A stretch of DNA of 63,259 bases, counting the filler, from Octopus bimaculoides (Eukaryota), in NCBI RefSeq assembly GCF_001194135.2. It is 5 parts of 5 records of this genome, joined end to end, with 100 filler letters (N's around TTAATTAATTAA, not from the genome) between each part and the next. Parts side by side here need not be neighbours in the genome. Positions count along the whole stretch, not along the records: positions 58,927 to 63,259 come from NC_068988.1; 4 more parts are not named here. The stretch is one strand, 5' to 3'. Of this stretch, positions 61,820-63,259 are shown piece after piece. The first letter of the stretch is position 1. The number at the start of each line of letters is the position of its first letter. A program made the translations under genes and the position numbers. A model generated the notes under the pieces. That model made no database searches, was not told the DNA's origin, and saw only the letters and a program-made list of their open reading frames with translations.

Positions 61820-61945
61820 CGGCAAGGCAGCAGTAGCAGTAGCAAGGAAAGCAGTAACAGCAGCAGCAGTAGTAGCAGCAACCACAGCAGCAGTAGTAGC
61901 AGCAACCACAGCAGCAGTTATAGTAGTAGTAGTAGTAGTAGTAGC
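61820..61945 (+). repeat. Compound (CAG)/(TAG) trinucleotide repeat with a duplicated 24-bp unit
   Basis: agcagcagtagtagcagcaaccac occurs twice, followed by (TAG)n. Confidence 0.85.
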
Positions 61946-62935
61946 TTTTATTCAAATCACGTATCGTATTTGATTTCGTTATGCGCGTCTAAGCGAATAT
62001 GTTCGAATTTTAAGAGATGGCGTTAATACTATATTATTAGTGACACCGATATCAGCCCTGATGCACAAGAGCGAAATTCAATGGCGTTCCAACCTTGACC
62101 ATTCCATACTGTGTTATACAGGACTGCCTTGAAGTGATACCTCTAGTACTGTTTTGGTAGCAGCTTATGGTATGCTGATAAATTTAGAGTATATACTGAT
62201 ACGATAGTAACGATATACGATAGTGATAATATCATAACTGTTAAGATATTACAGTATTTGTTATAGTTAGAGTTGTCTGTAGCTCTGCGTATAACTTTAG
62301 CGATTCTATATATATACTAAATCTGAGCTAAGTGACATACATACTAAATACGTGCTTAGTGATTTGTAGATTCGTAATGCAACCATAATATAGTGTAAAG
62401 TATATTAGATGTTTTTTTTTTATAATACCATGTTCTATTGCTTTAGGAATGTGTTTAATATGCAGATTAGTATATCCAATAGCATAACACCCTTGTATGC
62501 AGTGGCTGTATAAGCAATGTGTTCCAAGGTGAGAATGGGTTAGTTGGGTACTGATGAAGGGGTAAAAATCCCGAAATTTGGCATATACACCAATTTCTTT
62601 TATTTTTACATCTGACTCAGAATAAATCTGAGTTTGTTGTATCAGGTCTGACTTCGTGCTTCAACAACAACGAGAATAACAACTTTTTCAGGTAAAAAGA
62701 GAAAAAAAGAGAGCGAACGAACCGTTCAGAAAAGAATTGTTGATAATTTAGGTTTGACGTCTTTTAGTGCTTAAAATGCAATTATATATTAACAAAATCA
62801 ATAAAAGCATTTCAGTTTAGTCATTTCCGATTACATGCTTATGAAGCAGACTCAAAATTTGATATTCTGTCAATTTTAGAAGATGGTTGTCATTATTACT
62901 AATTCTTTTATTCTTTTATGCTTTTACTTGTTTCA

Positions 62936-63259
62936 GGAACTTTCCAGGAATAACTTATTGGAAAGTTCCAAGGAAAGGGAGGAGGGGAAAGAATTACGTC
63001 CTGTAAAGTTCCAAGGAAGGGGAGGAGGGTGAGGAATTATTTCCTGGAAAGTTCCGAGGTGGGGAGGAATTACTTCCTGGAGAGTTCCAATGAAGGGGAG
63101 GAGGGGAGGAATTGCTCCCTGGAAAGTTCCGAGGAAGGGAATGAATTACTTCCAGGAAAGTTCCAAGGAAGGGGAGGAGGGGAAGAATTACTTCCAGTTC
63201 CGAGGTGGATGGGGGCAAATGACATCCTGGAAAGTTCCGAAAAGGGGGAGGAAATACTT
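62936..63259 (+). repeat. Minisatellite of alternating ~42-bp and ~33-bp units with a GGAAAGTTCC core; runs off the window end
   Basis: GGAAAGTTCC at 62960, 63046, 63121, 63155 and 63229, variants at ~63003 and ~63079, and an inverted copy at 62936. Confidence 0.9.

Noticed and set aside
1-63259. CRISPR arrays, functional tRNA or rRNA genes, prokaryotic operons, TnpB/Fanzor-like ORFs
   Set aside because: None seen. The tRNA-like segments are SINE heads without complete cloverleaves, and no repeat-spacer array or RuvC-type motif was found.

Overview
AT-rich eukaryotic DNA packed with microsatellites and transposons, with many N gaps. The repeat families point to an octopus/coleoid cephalopod draft assembly (inference, not database-verified). 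The only host coding sequence I can support is one internal Wnt exon at 7349-7623 (+), best matching Wnt16 exon 3, with canonical AG/GT splice sites. No other Wnt exon is visible, so the rest of the window is probably intronic (downstream intron at least about 55 kb, unless an exon lies in a gap). The remainder is a layered set of mobile DNA: R4/Dong-like REL-endonuclease LINEs in microsatellites, Penelope-like elements (PLEs), RTE and CR1/Jockey-like LINEs, mariner/Tc1/Merlin/hAT remnants, tRNA-derived SINEs and at least seven foldback/MITE hairpins. The strongest leads are: (1) hammerhead-ribozyme motifs, both in PLE pseudo-LTRs and in a tRNA-headed SINE-like element whose loop II carries a TA-flanked MITE; (2) two R4-like lineages, one associated with (AAT)n and one with (ACAT)n; (3) a PLE with a 141-codon in-frame insert inside its GIY-YIG motif; (4) an ~870-bp foldback with TTAGGG repeats near its apex; (5) a 33-nt templated insertion copied from 1.7 kb away; (6) a terminal minisatellite made of overlapping STAT-like and Rel-like motifs. 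Most long ORFs in the six-frame track are artefacts of microsatellites or N runs.
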